The notes under the pieces are model-generated. The model did not search any database and had not been told where the DNA came from. It saw only the letters and a list, made by a program, of their open reading frames with translations. This document shows, one piece after another, positions 19,152 through 29,785 of a stretch of DNA of 64,000 nucleotides (the first letter of the stretch is position 1; the number at the start of each line of letters is the position of its first letter). Origin of the DNA: an uncultured candidate division Zixibacteria bacterium (lineage in GTDB: Bacteria > Zixibacteria > MSB-5A5 > RBG-16-43-9); the NCBI GenBank assembly GCA_963713865.1, contig OY970208.1, positions 1,472,001-1,536,000 of the forward strand, in the 5' to 3' direction. A program made the translations under genes and the position numbers.

Positions 19152-20465
19152 TTATATCTGATAAACTATCTTCCCGTCCACAATTGTAAAACAAGCTTTC
19201 CCTTTTAATTTTTTTCCGCTAAAAGGTGAGTTTTTCGATTTGGATTTGAATTCCTTTGGTTCTACGACCCAGCTTACCTCTGGATCTATTACGGTCAAGT
19301 CAGCAGGCATACCTGCTTTAATCTGGCCGGCATTTAATCTTAAAATCTTTGCAGGATTTAGTGTTAACATAGTAATAGCCTCAGTCCAGGATATAACCTT
19401 TTTCTCAATCAACTCTGTGATTATTAATCCTAAAGCGGTTTCTAAACCCACCAGACCAAAAGGAGCGGCATCGAACTCTACGTCTTTTTCCTCAATTGAA
19501 TGGGGTGCATGGTCTGTAGCGATGCAATCGATTGTCCCATCTTTCAGTCCTTTTTTCAAAGCCTCAATATCTTTCCTGGTTCTTAAAGGTGGATTTACTT
19601 TCGCATTGGTATCAAAGGTCTTTATTACTTCATCTGTCAGTGAGAAATGATGAGGAGTTACCTCGCAGGTGATTTTAATCCCCCTTTTTTTTGCTTCACG
19701 TATTAGATTTACTGAGCCTTCAGTTGAGACATGAGCAATGTGCACTTTTGCTTTAGTAAATTCCGTTAATTTAATGTCTCTGGCAATCATTACCTCTTCT
19801 GCTGCTGAGGGGATACCTCTTAACCCTAGAACAGTAGAGACAAAACCCTCGTTCATCACTCCATCTGAAGACAAAATTAAATCTTCACAGTGTGAAATGA
19901 TCGGGAGATCATACATCTTACTGTATTCTAAAGCAGATCTCATTATAGCCGGATTATGAATCGGTTTACCATCATCTGAGATAGAAATAGCTCCAGCTTT
20001 GACTAAATCTGCAATCTCAGTCAGCTCTTTGCCTTTTAGACCTTTTGTTGCTCCTGCGACTGGATAAACTTTACACTTAGATTTCTTAGCTTTCTCGTAA
20101 ATAAATTTAACTGCTTCCTGGTTATCGATGGGTGGCTCGGTGTTAGGCATACAGCAGATGGAGGTAAATCCTCCTGCTACTGCGGCGGTAGAGCCGGTGA
20201 AGATGGTTTCCTCATCTTCCCTGCCCGGCTCTCTTAAATGAGTATGCATATCGATTAAACCCGGAGTTACTATTTTATCATAGGCATCGATAATCTCAGG
20301 TGAAAATCTGATCCTTTTTTTAGGGATTAGTTTCTTGGTCTCTATCTTAAGAATCTTTCCGTCACGTATGTAAATATCCCCAATCTTATCTGACCTGGAA
20401 GCCGGGTCGATAATCCTTCCGCCTGCCAAGATTATCTCAGCCTCAACCGATTTATTCTTGTTCAA
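19152..20465 (-). CDS. pyrC: Dihydroorotase
   Basis: PGLIDMHTHLREPG, KVNPPLR and ATDHAPH; follows pyrB. The ORF is open to 20483. Confidence 0.95.
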   Translation of the reverse strand: MNKNKSVEAEIILAGGRIIDPASRSDKIGDIYIRDGKILKIETKKLIPKKRIRFSPEIIDAYDKIVTPGLIDMHTHLREPGREDEETIFTGSTAAVAGGFTSICCMPNTEPPIDNQEAVKFIYEKAKKSKCKVYPVAGATKGLKGKELTEIADLVKAGAISISDDGKPIHNPAIMRSALEYSKMYDLPIISHCEDLILSSDGVMNEGFVSTVLGLRGIPSAAEEVMIARDIKLTEFTKAKVHIAHVSTEGSVNLIREAKKRGIKITCEVTPHHFSLTDEVIKTFDTNAKVNPPLRTRKDIEALKKGLKDGTIDCIATDHAPHSIEEKDVEFDAAPFGLVGLETALGLIITELIEKKVISWTEAITMLTLNPAKILRLNAGQIKAGMPADLTVIDPEVSWVVEPKEFKSKSKNSPFSGKKLKGKACFTIVDGKIVYQI

Positions 20466-21390
20466 CCTTTGCTTCTCCTCCACTTAAAAGGTACAGAACT
20501 GCCATCCGGATTGCAACCCCATTGGTCACCTGGTTTAATATCACTGAATAGGGACCATCTGCAACCTCCGGAGTTATCTCTATTCCTCGATTTATGGGTC
20601 CAGGATGCATTATGGTAAAATTCGGATTTAACTTTTTAAGCCGTTCTGCGTTTATCCCGAATTCATTTGAATATTCCCTTAATGAAGGCAAGAGTCCACC
20701 TTTTTGTCTTTCTAACTGGATTCGCAAGACATTGACTACGTCCGCTCCCTCTAAAGCCTGGTCTAAATTCGAGTAAACAGCTACACCCATCTTTTCAATC
20801 TCATAGGGCATAAGGGTAGTTGGTCCGCATACAGCGACAGAGGCTCCCATTGTTTTCAAGCCCCAGATGTTTGATCTGGCAACCCGGCTATGTTTTATAT
20901 CTCCAACTATCACCACCCTCAGACCTTCGAGCTTCTTATATTTCTCCCGTAAGGTAAATAAATCTAAAAGTCCCTGAGTTGGATGTTCATGTGCACCGTC
21001 GCCGGCATTGATTATGGACGAAGTTAAGCATTGAGTTAAAAAGTAGGGAGTCCCTGATGACTGGTGTCTTATTACCACTATATCGATCTTCATCGCCTCA
21101 ATATTTTTGACTGTATCTTTAAGGGTTTCACCTTTTTTAACACTGGAAGTAGAGGTAGAGAAGTTCACCAGATCAGCGGATAATCTTTTTTCTGCCAGTT
21201 CAAATGAGATTCTGGTTCGGGTAGAAGGCTCATAGAAAAGATTAAGTACGGTTGCTCCACGCAGAGTGGGCACTTTTTTGATGGGTCTTTCCAGGATTTC
21301 TTTAAAGGTTTCAGCAGTATCTAAGATCAGGTCTATCTCCTCTTTTAAAAGACCTTCTAAACCTAAAAGATGCCTGCTTCTTAGTGTCAT
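20452..21390 (-). CDS. pyrB: Aspartate carbamoyltransferase catalytic subunit
   Basis: FYEPSTRTRISF, NAGDGAHEHPTQ and MHPGPINRG. Confidence 0.97.
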   Translation of the reverse strand: MTLRSRHLLGLEGLLKEEIDLILDTAETFKEILERPIKKVPTLRGATVLNLFYEPSTRTRISFELAEKRLSADLVNFSTSTSSVKKGETLKDTVKNIEAMKIDIVVIRHQSSGTPYFLTQCLTSSIINAGDGAHEHPTQGLLDLFTLREKYKKLEGLRVVIVGDIKHSRVARSNIWGLKTMGASVAVCGPTTLMPYEIEKMGVAVYSNLDQALEGADVVNVLRIQLERQKGGLLPSLREYSNEFGINAERLKKLNPNFTIMHPGPINRGIEITPEVADGPYSVILNQVTNGVAIRMAVLYLLSGGEAKVEQE

Positions 21391-21497
21391 CTATTCCTCG
21401 TTATGTTAAAGTATTGGTTTATGATACATTCATAAGACATCATCTACCAATTGGTTACTATTCAATAAATCGATAATTTCTTGAGTCAACAAAAAAA

Positions 21498-22190
<693 letters not shown>

Positions 22191-22276
22191 TGAATGAAAT
22201 AATATAAACCCAGATACATTGTCAAGTGTTTTTTTGAAGTTTATGAAAAAATAAATAACCAATAGCCACTGAAGGA

Positions 22277-22304
22277 GTAGAGGCACGACATGTCGTGCCC
22301 CTAC
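22277..22304. repeat. GTAG REP palindrome
   Basis: GTAGAGGCACGACATGTCGTGCCCCTAC. Confidence 0.75.
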
Positions 22305-22414
22305 CAATCTATACTTTATGCAACTGGATGCATTTAACTTATCTCTGCTTGCATAACAAAGCTCGCTGTTTAAAAATTTCGCATTTTGCAATTGAACTTC
22401 TTTTAAAATTATCC

Positions 22415-22443
22415 TTGACAATCCTTTTATCTTGATATAATGT
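22415..22443 (+). promoter_or_regulatory. Sigma70 promoter of the S8 peptidase gene, divergent from the pyr promoter (minus-strand TTGACA at 22220-22225)
   Basis: TTGACA 22415-22420 and TATAATGT 22436-22443. Confidence 0.6.
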
Positions 22444-22561
22444 CGAGACTTGTGAAAAGTGTTTTTTGAGTAAAAGTATAAGGTTAATTATTGCACACTG
22501 TTGTTTCAAAGGCAGAATATTTGCTTTAAGAAGATTGGATTCATAATCTTGAGGGGAGAGA

Positions 22562-25540
22562 ATGAAAAAGCCCGGAACAATTTCAGTCCTTACAATCCTT
22601 CTAATCTTCAACTCTGCTTATTCTATCTCCGGAGAACTTAACCAGGATTTAAAGGAGAGGCTAAATTCTTTAAAGGAAGATGAATATATTTCCTGCTTGG
22701 TGATGTTCAAAGATCAAATTAAGCCAAAAGATTTAGAGCTTAATCGTCTCTTAAAGACTCTACCAGAAAAACATTCGAGTATAATCTATAAGCTTAGAGA
22801 TAAAAAAGAAAAAGCTCAAAGTGATATTCTGAAATATTTAGAGGAACAGAAAAGTAGCGGTTCAGTTAAAAGTTATAGAAGTTTCTGGATCGTTAACGGA
22901 CTTCTGGTAACCGCTACTAAAGAGGAGATAGAGAAAATCGCTTTACGTCCAGAGGTGGAGATGGTTTCTCCAAACTATCCTGTTTCCCTTATCGCACCGG
23001 TATCTGAACAGGTAAACTCTTCTAAAGCTGGTGTAATCGATTATTTTCAGGCTATAGGCGTCAGGGAGCTATGGAAGATGGGTTATACCGGCAAAGGCAG
23101 GTTAGTTTGTGGGTTTGATACGGGTGTGGAAGGGTCTCATCCAGCGCTTTTTTCCAACTGGAAAGGAGGTTTACAAGGAGGAGATGGTAGTGAGTGGTAT
23201 GATCCTTATGGTTCAAGTTTTCCTGTGGATGCCAATGGACACGGAACTCATACTATGGGGATAATGGTGGGTAAAACTACTGCTGAGACTTTAGGTGTAG
23301 CTTTTGGAGCACGCTGGATTGCAGCCGGAGTTATTGACCGGGGCAGAAATTTTGAAGAGACAATAGCTGATATATTACAGGCTTTTGAATGGGCAACTGA
23401 TCCAGATGGAAATCCTGCAACCATGGATGACGTTCCGGATGTGATTAATAATTCCTGGGGAATACCTTTAGCAGCAAAACCGCCTTGTGATCAGACCTTC
23501 TGGTCTGCAATCGATAATGTTGAGGCGGCCGGGATAGTAGTTGTTTTTGCTGCAGGGAATGAAGGTCCTTCTAATAGCTCCATAAGAACTCCGGCGGATA
23601 GAACCACTTCTCCTACAAATAGCTTTTCAGTTGGGGCAGTGGATGCTCAGGTTTATGGTTTTCCGATTGCATCATTCAGCAGTCGGGGTCCCTCAGGCTG
23701 TGATAATATAACCATTAAACCAGAGATCTGCGCACCAGGAGTTAGTATCCGCTCAAGCTATCTAAATGGAACCTATAAAGCCTTAAGCGGAACCTCAACT
23801 GCGGCTCCTTTCGTTTCCGGAGCAGTTGCTCTTTTAAGGGAATTTAATCCTGAAGCAACAGTTGAGGAGATAAAAAATGCGCTCCTTCTTTCAAGCACAG
23901 ACTTAGGTTCTATAGGTGAGGATAATGACTATGGCTGGGGATTGCTCGATCTTAAGAAAGCATTAGACTTTTTACCTCCACCACCTTTTCCCAAGGTATG
24001 GCTTGATAGTGTTTATATGGAAAAAGATACTTTAGTCTATCCGGATGGACGAAAAAGAGCAAAAATCTATCTGGTTTTAAAAAATTATGGGGGAAGGGTT
24101 GATTCACTTAGTCTTGTTCTAAAGACTATGGATTCTTCAGTGACTGTTATTGAAGATAGCTTGTATCTCGATTCAATAGGTTCTAAGATGATAGAAGTTA
24201 ATGTGAATTCACCCCTGGTCGTATCCTATGGCAATGATCTTCCTTTGGATTATCCTGCAATTTTTTATCTTAAGCTGTATGACAGCTCCAGAAAATATGA
24301 GGACAGTCTTCAATTCTCAGTTATCCTTAATCCAGTTTCAAATCACAATTTGGGTGAACACGATATCGGTAATGTAACCTTTACGATTTCTAATTCAGGC
24401 AGATATGGATTAGGGGATGGTACGATCGCTCCTTCAGGAGGCAAGGGTTTCAGATTTCCAAAATCTGGAGAAGACAATCTTTTCGAAGGAGCTTTTTTAG
24501 TCGGGAAGTCAAAAGAGCAGGTAATGGATGCGGCAAGAGATGAAAGTGGTAAATCTTCAGAAAATGATTTTGTGCCCGAAGGATTGTTGACTATCTATAC
24601 ACCCGGTGAGTTGTCCGATCAAGACGGGATAGGGATTTTCTCAGATAGCGGAGCTGAAAATCGAATTGGAGTAGAGATCGTGCAGAAAAGTTTTGCTTTT
24701 GCTAATCCTCCGGATGATGATTATGTCATCCTGGAATTTAATTTAAAGAATGAAACCTCAGATACCCTACGGGGGATTTACCCAGGACTTTGCTTTGACT
24801 GGGATATTAATCTTTTTTCACCTAAAGACGACCTGGTTGGTCGCGATTCAATTTCAAACATCCCTATAGTTTATCAATATGATTCAACTTCATCGGTTTA
24901 TTTGACCATTTTCCCCTTGAACCATCCTCCAGCTTCCTATAAACTGATTAATAATCAGCTCTATCTTTATGATGGATTTACTGAAGAAGAGAAATATTTA
25001 TTCTTAAGTGGTGATACCCTGATAGCATCAGATACTGCTTCTATTCTTTGTGCAGGTGACTGGTCTATCATCTCTTCTTGCGGGCCATTTAATATCCCTC
25101 CGGAGGAAAGTATAATGGTTGGTTTCGCGGTAGTAGCTGGCAATAGCCTTTTAGATCTTAAGGAGAATATCAAATCTGCAAAGGTAAAATATTATGATCT
25201 GAGAACTGAGGTTGAATCACCAGAGGAGCACCTGGTTCCTACTGATTATAATTTAGGACAGAACTATCCGAATCCTTTTAACCCCGCCACCACCATTCCC
25301 TTCTGTTTAAAGGTTCAAGGTTCAACGTTCAAGGATCCCCTCCACACTACCCTAATTATTTACAATATCCTGGGTCAAAAGGTGAGGGCTCTGGTAGATG
25401 AAAATAAATTACCAGGTAGATATGTAGTTATCTGGGATGGAAAGGATGAAAAAGGGAAAGAGGTTTCCAGCGGGATCTATTTCTATCGATTGGAAACCAG
25501 TGGATTTAAAGAAACTAAGAAGATGATTTTATTAAGATAA
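22562..25540 (+). CDS. Secreted S8 (subtilisin-like) serine peptidase with I9-like propeptide and FlgD/T9SS-like CTD
   Basis: Triad motifs FDTGV, HGTHTMG and GTSTAAP; C-terminus QNYPNPFNP...YNILGQKVR...WDGKD...SSGIYFYRL. Confidence 0.92.
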   Translation: MKKPGTISVLTILLIFNSAYSISGELNQDLKERLNSLKEDEYISCLVMFKDQIKPKDLELNRLLKTLPEKHSSIIYKLRDKKEKAQSDILKYLEEQKSSGSVKSYRSFWIVNGLLVTATKEEIEKIALRPEVEMVSPNYPVSLIAPVSEQVNSSKAGVIDYFQAIGVRELWKMGYTGKGRLVCGFDTGVEGSHPALFSNWKGGLQGGDGSEWYDPYGSSFPVDANGHGTHTMGIMVGKTTAETLGVAFGARWIAAGVIDRGRNFEETIADILQAFEWATDPDGNPATMDDVPDVINNSWGIPLAAKPPCDQTFWSAIDNVEAAGIVVVFAAGNEGPSNSSIRTPADRTTSPTNSFSVGAVDAQVYGFPIASFSSRGPSGCDNITIKPEICAPGVSIRSSYLNGTYKALSGTSTAAPFVSGAVALLREFNPEATVEEIKNALLLSSTDLGSIGEDNDYGWGLLDLKKALDFLPPPPFPKVWLDSVYMEKDTLVYPDGRKRAKIYLVLKNYGGRVDSLSLVLKTMDSSVTVIEDSLYLDSIGSKMIEVNVNSPLVVSYGNDLPLDYPAIFYLKLYDSSRKYEDSLQFSVILNPVSNHNLGEHDIGNVTFTISNSGRYGLGDGTIAPSGGKGFRFPKSGEDNLFEGAFLVGKSKEQVMDAARDESGKSSENDFVPEGLLTIYTPGELSDQDGIGIFSDSGAENRIGVEIVQKSFAFANPPDDDYVILEFNLKNETSDTLRGIYPGLCFDWDINLFSPKDDLVGRDSISNIPIVYQYDSTSSVYLTIFPLNHPPASYKLINNQLYLYDGFTEEEKYLFLSGDTLIASDTASILCAGDWSIISSCGPFNIPPEESIMVGFAVVAGNSLLDLKENIKSAKVKYYDLRTEVESPEEHLVPTDYNLGQNYPNPFNPATTIPFCLKVQGSTFKDPLHTTLIIYNILGQKVRALVDENKLPGRYVVIWDGKDEKGKEVSSGIYFYRLETSGFKETKKMILLR

Positions 25541-25546
25541 TTTTTT

Positions 25547-25664
25547 GTAGCGGAAACCTTCAGGTTTCCATCTCTTTCAAGTAAAAATGGAAGGCTAAAG
25601 CCTTCCGCTACAGAAAACTTTAAGGGGATAAATAGGTATGGGCAGGTTTGAAACCTGCCCATAC
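25547..25664. repeat. REP doublet (REPIN) plus a second REP palindrome
   Basis: GTAGCGGAAACCTTCAGGTTTCC (25547) with inverted partner GGAAGGCTAAAGCCTTCCGCTAC (ends 25611); GTATGGGCAGGTTT-G-AAACCTGCCCATAC (25636-25664). Confidence 0.75.
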
Positions 25665-25671
25665 ACTCTTT

Positions 25672-26157
25672 TTAAGTTCTAAAAAATACCTTCCAGTTTT
25701 TCTGACTCAATATTATTCTCAAAAGAGGATAGCCTAAAAAATAACATGCTATTATCTCTCCAGTGCCGACATAAGCAACTGTTAACCAGTAGGGTAGCTT
25801 GAAGAGAAAATGCAGGTAAAGGCTCACTCCAAAGGCATTCAAAAACACTGGTGGTAAGGGAGCAAGAATAGGTTTTCCTTTTTTAGATATAAGGAAAGTA
25901 AGAAAGCCTGCCAGCAAGGTTAGAAGACTTCCACCCATAATGTCATAAATACCCAAGCCTCCGAAAATATTAGCCAGTAAACAGCCCAGGAAAAGACCGG
26001 GGATAGCGGAGGGGGTTAAGTAAGGCAAAATCGTTAAAGCCTCAGAAACCCTGATCTGAACAGGTCCATAACTTATTGGTGCAAGAAGTACAGTTATTAT
26101 AGCATAAAGAGCCGCAATTATTCCGGCTTGAGCAATATATTTATTTGATAAAGACAT
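25672..26157 (-). CDS. queT: QueT-family (queuosine precursor) transporter
   Basis: IIAALYAIITVLLAPISYGPVQIRVSEALTILP. Confidence 0.88.
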   Translation of the reverse strand: MSLSNKYIAQAGIIAALYAIITVLLAPISYGPVQIRVSEALTILPYLTPSAIPGLFLGCLLANIFGGLGIYDIMGGSLLTLLAGFLTFLISKKGKPILAPLPPVFLNAFGVSLYLHFLFKLPYWLTVAYVGTGEIIACYFLGYPLLRIILSQKNWKVFFRT

Positions 26158-26293
26158 CAGAACCAGTCAGCGTTACAATTTTCTGACTAATAAAAAGTCT
26201 GAAAGAGACAATTGTCAACAAAAAAATCCTTGCCTTTAGCCCTAATTGGATTTATTATAAATTCTTAAATAAAGGTTTGAGATTTCAGAAGAG

Positions 26294-27583
26294 GTGAAAA
26301 TGAAGATATTGATCGTTGGTGGGGGTGGTAGAGAACATGCCATTGCCTGGAAGCTTTCACAATCTCCTTTAGTTAATAAAATCTATGCGGCACCCGGAAA
26401 TGCCGGTATAGCTAATTTAGGAGATTGCGTGGAGATCTCGTCTGAGGATATCACGGGCTTGACGGATTTTGCACTGAGGAATACAATTGACCTGACGGTG
26501 GTGGGACCAGAACTACCTTTAACCCTGGGGATTGTGGATGAGTTCGAGAGAAGGAATCTAAAGATCTTTGGGCCAAAAAAAGAAGCCGCCTTAATTGAAG
26601 GGAGCAAAGGATTTGCCAAAGAGTTTATGAAGAAATATCATATCCCCACAGCCAGCTTCAAAATCTTTGAGCAAAAAGAGGAAGCAATAGATTTTGTCCG
26701 CTCCTCAGAATTTCCACTGGTGATCAAAACGGATGGGCTGGCAGCTGGAAAGGGTGCTTTTGTAGTTGAGGATTTGAAAAGCGCTGAAGAGGCAGTAGAG
26801 AAAGTAATGGGGGAGAAAATATTTGGTGAAGCGGGGAACAGAGCAGTAGTGGAGGATTTCCTGACAGGCGAAGAAGTAACTATCTTGGCTTTTACTGATG
26901 GCAAAACCATTCTTCCAATGGTTTCCTCTCAAGACCACAAAAGAATTTATGACGGGGATAGGGGTCCAAACACTGGAGGTATGGGAGCATATTCACCAAC
27001 TCTAATGGTAAATGATAAGATGATAAAAAAAATCACCGAGGAGATTTTAGAACCAACTATTTTTGGTCTAAATAGAGAAGGAAGGATTTACAAGGGAGTT
27101 TTATACGCTGGGTTGATGATAACTGAATTGGGTCCCAAAGTCATCGAGTTCAACTGTCGATTTGGTGACCCTGAGACCCAGGTGGTTCTTCCTATGTTGG
27201 AGAGTGACCTGGCTGCTATATTCCTTTCCATCGTGGAAGAAGAGCTTGACTTACAAGATGTAGAGTGGAAAGATGGCTCAGCCGTTTGTATTGTTTTAGC
27301 TTCCGGAGGTTACCCGGATAAATATGAAAAAGGGAAAGAGATCTTCGGATTGAATAAAGTAGGGAATTCAGATATTATGATTTTTCATGCCGGAACCAAA
27401 AAGGCTGGAGATAAGATAGTTACCAACGGGGGAAGAGTCTTAGGAGTAACAGCTTTTGACACAACCATGGAAGGGGCTTTGGGTAAAGCCTATTCAAGCA
27501 TAGATAAAATAAAATTTGCCGGGATGCATTATAGACACGATATCGGTTATCGAGCCACTAATGTCAGAAGAGAATACTTTTAA
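26294..27583 (+). CDS. purD: Phosphoribosylamine-glycine ligase
   Basis: GGGGREHA, DGLAAGKG, GPNTGGMGAYS and EFNCRFGDPE. Confidence 0.97.
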   Translation: MKMKILIVGGGGREHAIAWKLSQSPLVNKIYAAPGNAGIANLGDCVEISSEDITGLTDFALRNTIDLTVVGPELPLTLGIVDEFERRNLKIFGPKKEAALIEGSKGFAKEFMKKYHIPTASFKIFEQKEEAIDFVRSSEFPLVIKTDGLAAGKGAFVVEDLKSAEEAVEKVMGEKIFGEAGNRAVVEDFLTGEEVTILAFTDGKTILPMVSSQDHKRIYDGDRGPNTGGMGAYSPTLMVNDKMIKKITEEILEPTIFGLNREGRIYKGVLYAGLMITELGPKVIEFNCRFGDPETQVVLPMLESDLAAIFLSIVEEELDLQDVEWKDGSAVCIVLASGGYPDKYEKGKEIFGLNKVGNSDIMIFHAGTKKAGDKIVTNGGRVLGVTAFDTTMEGALGKAYSSIDKIKFAGMHYRHDIGYRATNVRREYF

Positions 27584-27754
27584 AAAAGGTTCAAAGGCTC
27601 AAAAGTTTAATCGTTAAAACATTAAAATACAATGATAGATGACAAATTAAAGATAAAAAATATTGCAACGAAAAACTATTCCGTTATAATAAGATTGAGA
27701 TTGCAGGGATAGAACATTGTTCTGTTCAATTTATTTTGTAAATAAGGAAACATA

Positions 27755-28222
27755 ATGAAGAAAAATAAAGTATTGATCGTTATGGGAAGTGATTCGGATA
27801 GGGAGGTGATGAACAAGACTGCAGAAGCTCTAACTGATTTTGGGATCGGGTTTGAAATGGTCATTTCCTCTGCTCATCGTAATCCGGAAAAGACCAGGAA
27901 ATTAGCAAAAGAGGCGGAGAGAAAAGGGTTTAAAGTGATCATCGCTGGTGCCGGAATGGCGGCTCATCTGCCGGGAGTTATGGCGGCTTATTCAAAACTT
28001 CCGGTTATCGGCATACCTCTACTTTCAGCTCCTTTTAAAGGTCTGGATTCGTTTTTTTCTATCCTGCAAATGCCTTCAGGTGTTCCAGTTGCTACTATGT
28101 CCGTAGGAATCCCTGGGGCGAAAAATGCGGCGATTTTTGCAGCGGAAATTTTGGCGTTGTCGGATGAAAAATTAAAGAAGAGGCTTAAAGGTTTAAAGGT
28201 TCAAAAGTTCAAGGGAAAATGA
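27755..28222 (+). CDS. purE: N5-CAIR mutase
   Basis: MGSDSD, SAHRNP, AGAGMAAHLPG and QMPSGVPVAT. Confidence 0.97.
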   Translation: MKKNKVLIVMGSDSDREVMNKTAEALTDFGIGFEMVISSAHRNPEKTRKLAKEAERKGFKVIIAGAGMAAHLPGVMAAYSKLPVIGIPLLSAPFKGLDSFFSILQMPSGVPVATMSVGIPGAKNAAIFAAEILALSDEKLKKRLKGLKVQKFKGK

Positions 28223-28224
28223 AT

Positions 28225-28250
28225 GTAGGGACAGAACATTGTTCTGTCCT
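28225..28250. repeat. GTAG REP; related copies at 27703 and 31408
   Basis: GTAGGGACAGAACATTGTTCTGTCCT; relatives GCAGGGATAGAACATTGTTCTGTTC and GTAATGACAGAACAATGTTCTGTCCTAC. Confidence 0.75.
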
Positions 28251-28379
28251 TATGAATTTTATATAGGTATAATTAATAGGATGCTTTATGGACTGAGTAG
28301 AAGCATACAGTAATCAGGGGTGGGGTTGTGCCCTGTATGCTGTCTACTACCTACTGTCTACTAACCTAAAGGAGGTAAA

Positions 28380-28937
28380 ATGTTAATCGCCTTATTATTT
28401 CTGCTAATCGTCTTCGGAGTACCGATTTTGATTATAATCGGAATCTATAACCGGTTGGTGGTTTTGAGGAATCGGGGGGATAATGCCTGGCATCAGATTG
28501 ATGTGCAGTTAGAGAGAAGGGCAGATTTAGTACCCAATTTAGTTGAGACCGTTAGAGGGTATGCAGCTCATGAGAAAGGTGTTTTTGAAGCGGTAACAAA
28601 AGCCCGAACCCAATGGGCTCAAGCCGGAAGTGTTAAGGAGAAAGCAGAAGCGAATGAAATGCTTACTTCCGCCCTGAAGACCCTTTTCGCAGTAGCAGAG
28701 AATTATCCGGATTTAAAAGCAAATCAGAATTTTCTGATGCTTCAGGAGGAGTTAGCTGGGATCGAAAGCAAGATTGCTTATGCCAGGCAGTTTTACAATG
28801 ATACAATCTTAGCCTATAACAACGCCCAGCAGGTTTTCCCCTCAAATATCATTGCGAATATGTTCAACTTCAAACTCAGAGAGTATTTCGAGGTGGAAGA
28901 GGCTGGCAAAAGAGCAGTGCCGAAAGTGGGGTTCTGA
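28380..28937 (+). CDS. lemA: LemA family protein
   Basis: [26 protein letters not shown] and [15 protein letters not shown]. Confidence 0.96.
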   Translation: MLIALLFLLIVFGVPILIIIGIYNRLVVLRNRGDNAWHQIDVQLERRADLVPNLVETVRGYAAHEKGVFEAVTKARTQWAQAGSVKEKAEANEMLTSALKTLFAVAENYPDLKANQNFLMLQEELAGIESKIAYARQFYNDTILAYNNAQQVFPSNIIANMFNFKLREYFEVEEAGKRAVPKVGF

Positions 28938-29007
28938 GAAACAGGCTAAAGGCGGAAAACTGGTAGGTCAGACATTCCTGTCTGACAGTAAATAAAAGAG
29001 GCTGTAG

Positions 29008-29778
29008 ATGAAAATCCCAAAAGCCAAAACAATTGAACTAATTGATGAGAAAATAAAACAGTTTGAGCAGGTGGCAAGAAATGCAACATACGAAAACCAA
29101 TATAAAGAAGAGTATCAGTTGGCTTATCATGGGACTGAAATGCTCCTAACTGAATTATTTTCTGAAGATGAAACAAAGAATTTCAGGATTGAAGTGACTA
29201 TCCCACTTTCAATTCGGGCAGGTGAAGAAATTGATTTTACTGAGGAAGTTCGGGGATATAAAGAACATATTAGTAAGTGCATTACACAACTAAAAGCATA
29301 CAGAGAAAGGATTGATAATTTTTGGTCAGACGAGGAAGAAACAACTACAAGAACATCTATGATGCCTTTTGTTGCAATGAGTTTTGATGAAGCCGATAAA
29401 GAAATTAATCAGCATGTGACCGGAATTCTACAGGCATTGCAAGTTGATTTTGAAACAGGGGAGCGTTATTCCAAGGACAGTATCCCAGAGAAAGTACAGA
29501 GTCGAATTCGTAGTGCTGACCTCTTCATAGGTATCTTTGTTAAGCGGGACAAATTAGAAAGTGGTGGTTATTCAACACCAGGCTGGTTACTCAAAGAACT
29601 TGGTATTGCGCAAGGAGCTAAAAAAGATGTTATTGCCTGGGTCGAGCAAGGCATAAAGGATATCGCCGGATTGAACTGGGAGAAAGAGGTTATTTACTTT
29701 GTGCGGGAGGATGTAAAAGAAATGGAGAAGGCTACGATAAAGTTTCTGGAAGCACTCAAGGTGCATAAACTGATTTGA
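29008..29778 (+). CDS. TIR-like / nucleoside 2-deoxyribosyltransferase-like domain protein with N-terminal helical domain
   Basis: C-terminal PFVAMSF...IPEKVQSRIRSADLFIGIF...WLLKELGIAQGAKKDVI matches the TIR/NDT pattern with a conserved Glu. Confidence 0.7.
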   Translation: MKIPKAKTIELIDEKIKQFEQVARNATYENQYKEEYQLAYHGTEMLLTELFSEDETKNFRIEVTIPLSIRAGEEIDFTEEVRGYKEHISKCITQLKAYRERIDNFWSDEEETTTRTSMMPFVAMSFDEADKEINQHVTGILQALQVDFETGERYSKDSIPEKVQSRIRSADLFIGIFVKRDKLESGGYSTPGWLLKELGIAQGAKKDVIAWVEQGIKDIAGLNWEKEVIYFVREDVKEMEKATIKFLEALKVHKLI

Positions 29779-29785
29779 ACGTGAT

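Noticed and set aside
26158-26220. preQ1 riboswitch upstream of queT
   Set aside because: Only a small AGTCAG/CTGACT hairpin is present; no preQ1-I stem with A-rich tail is recognisable.
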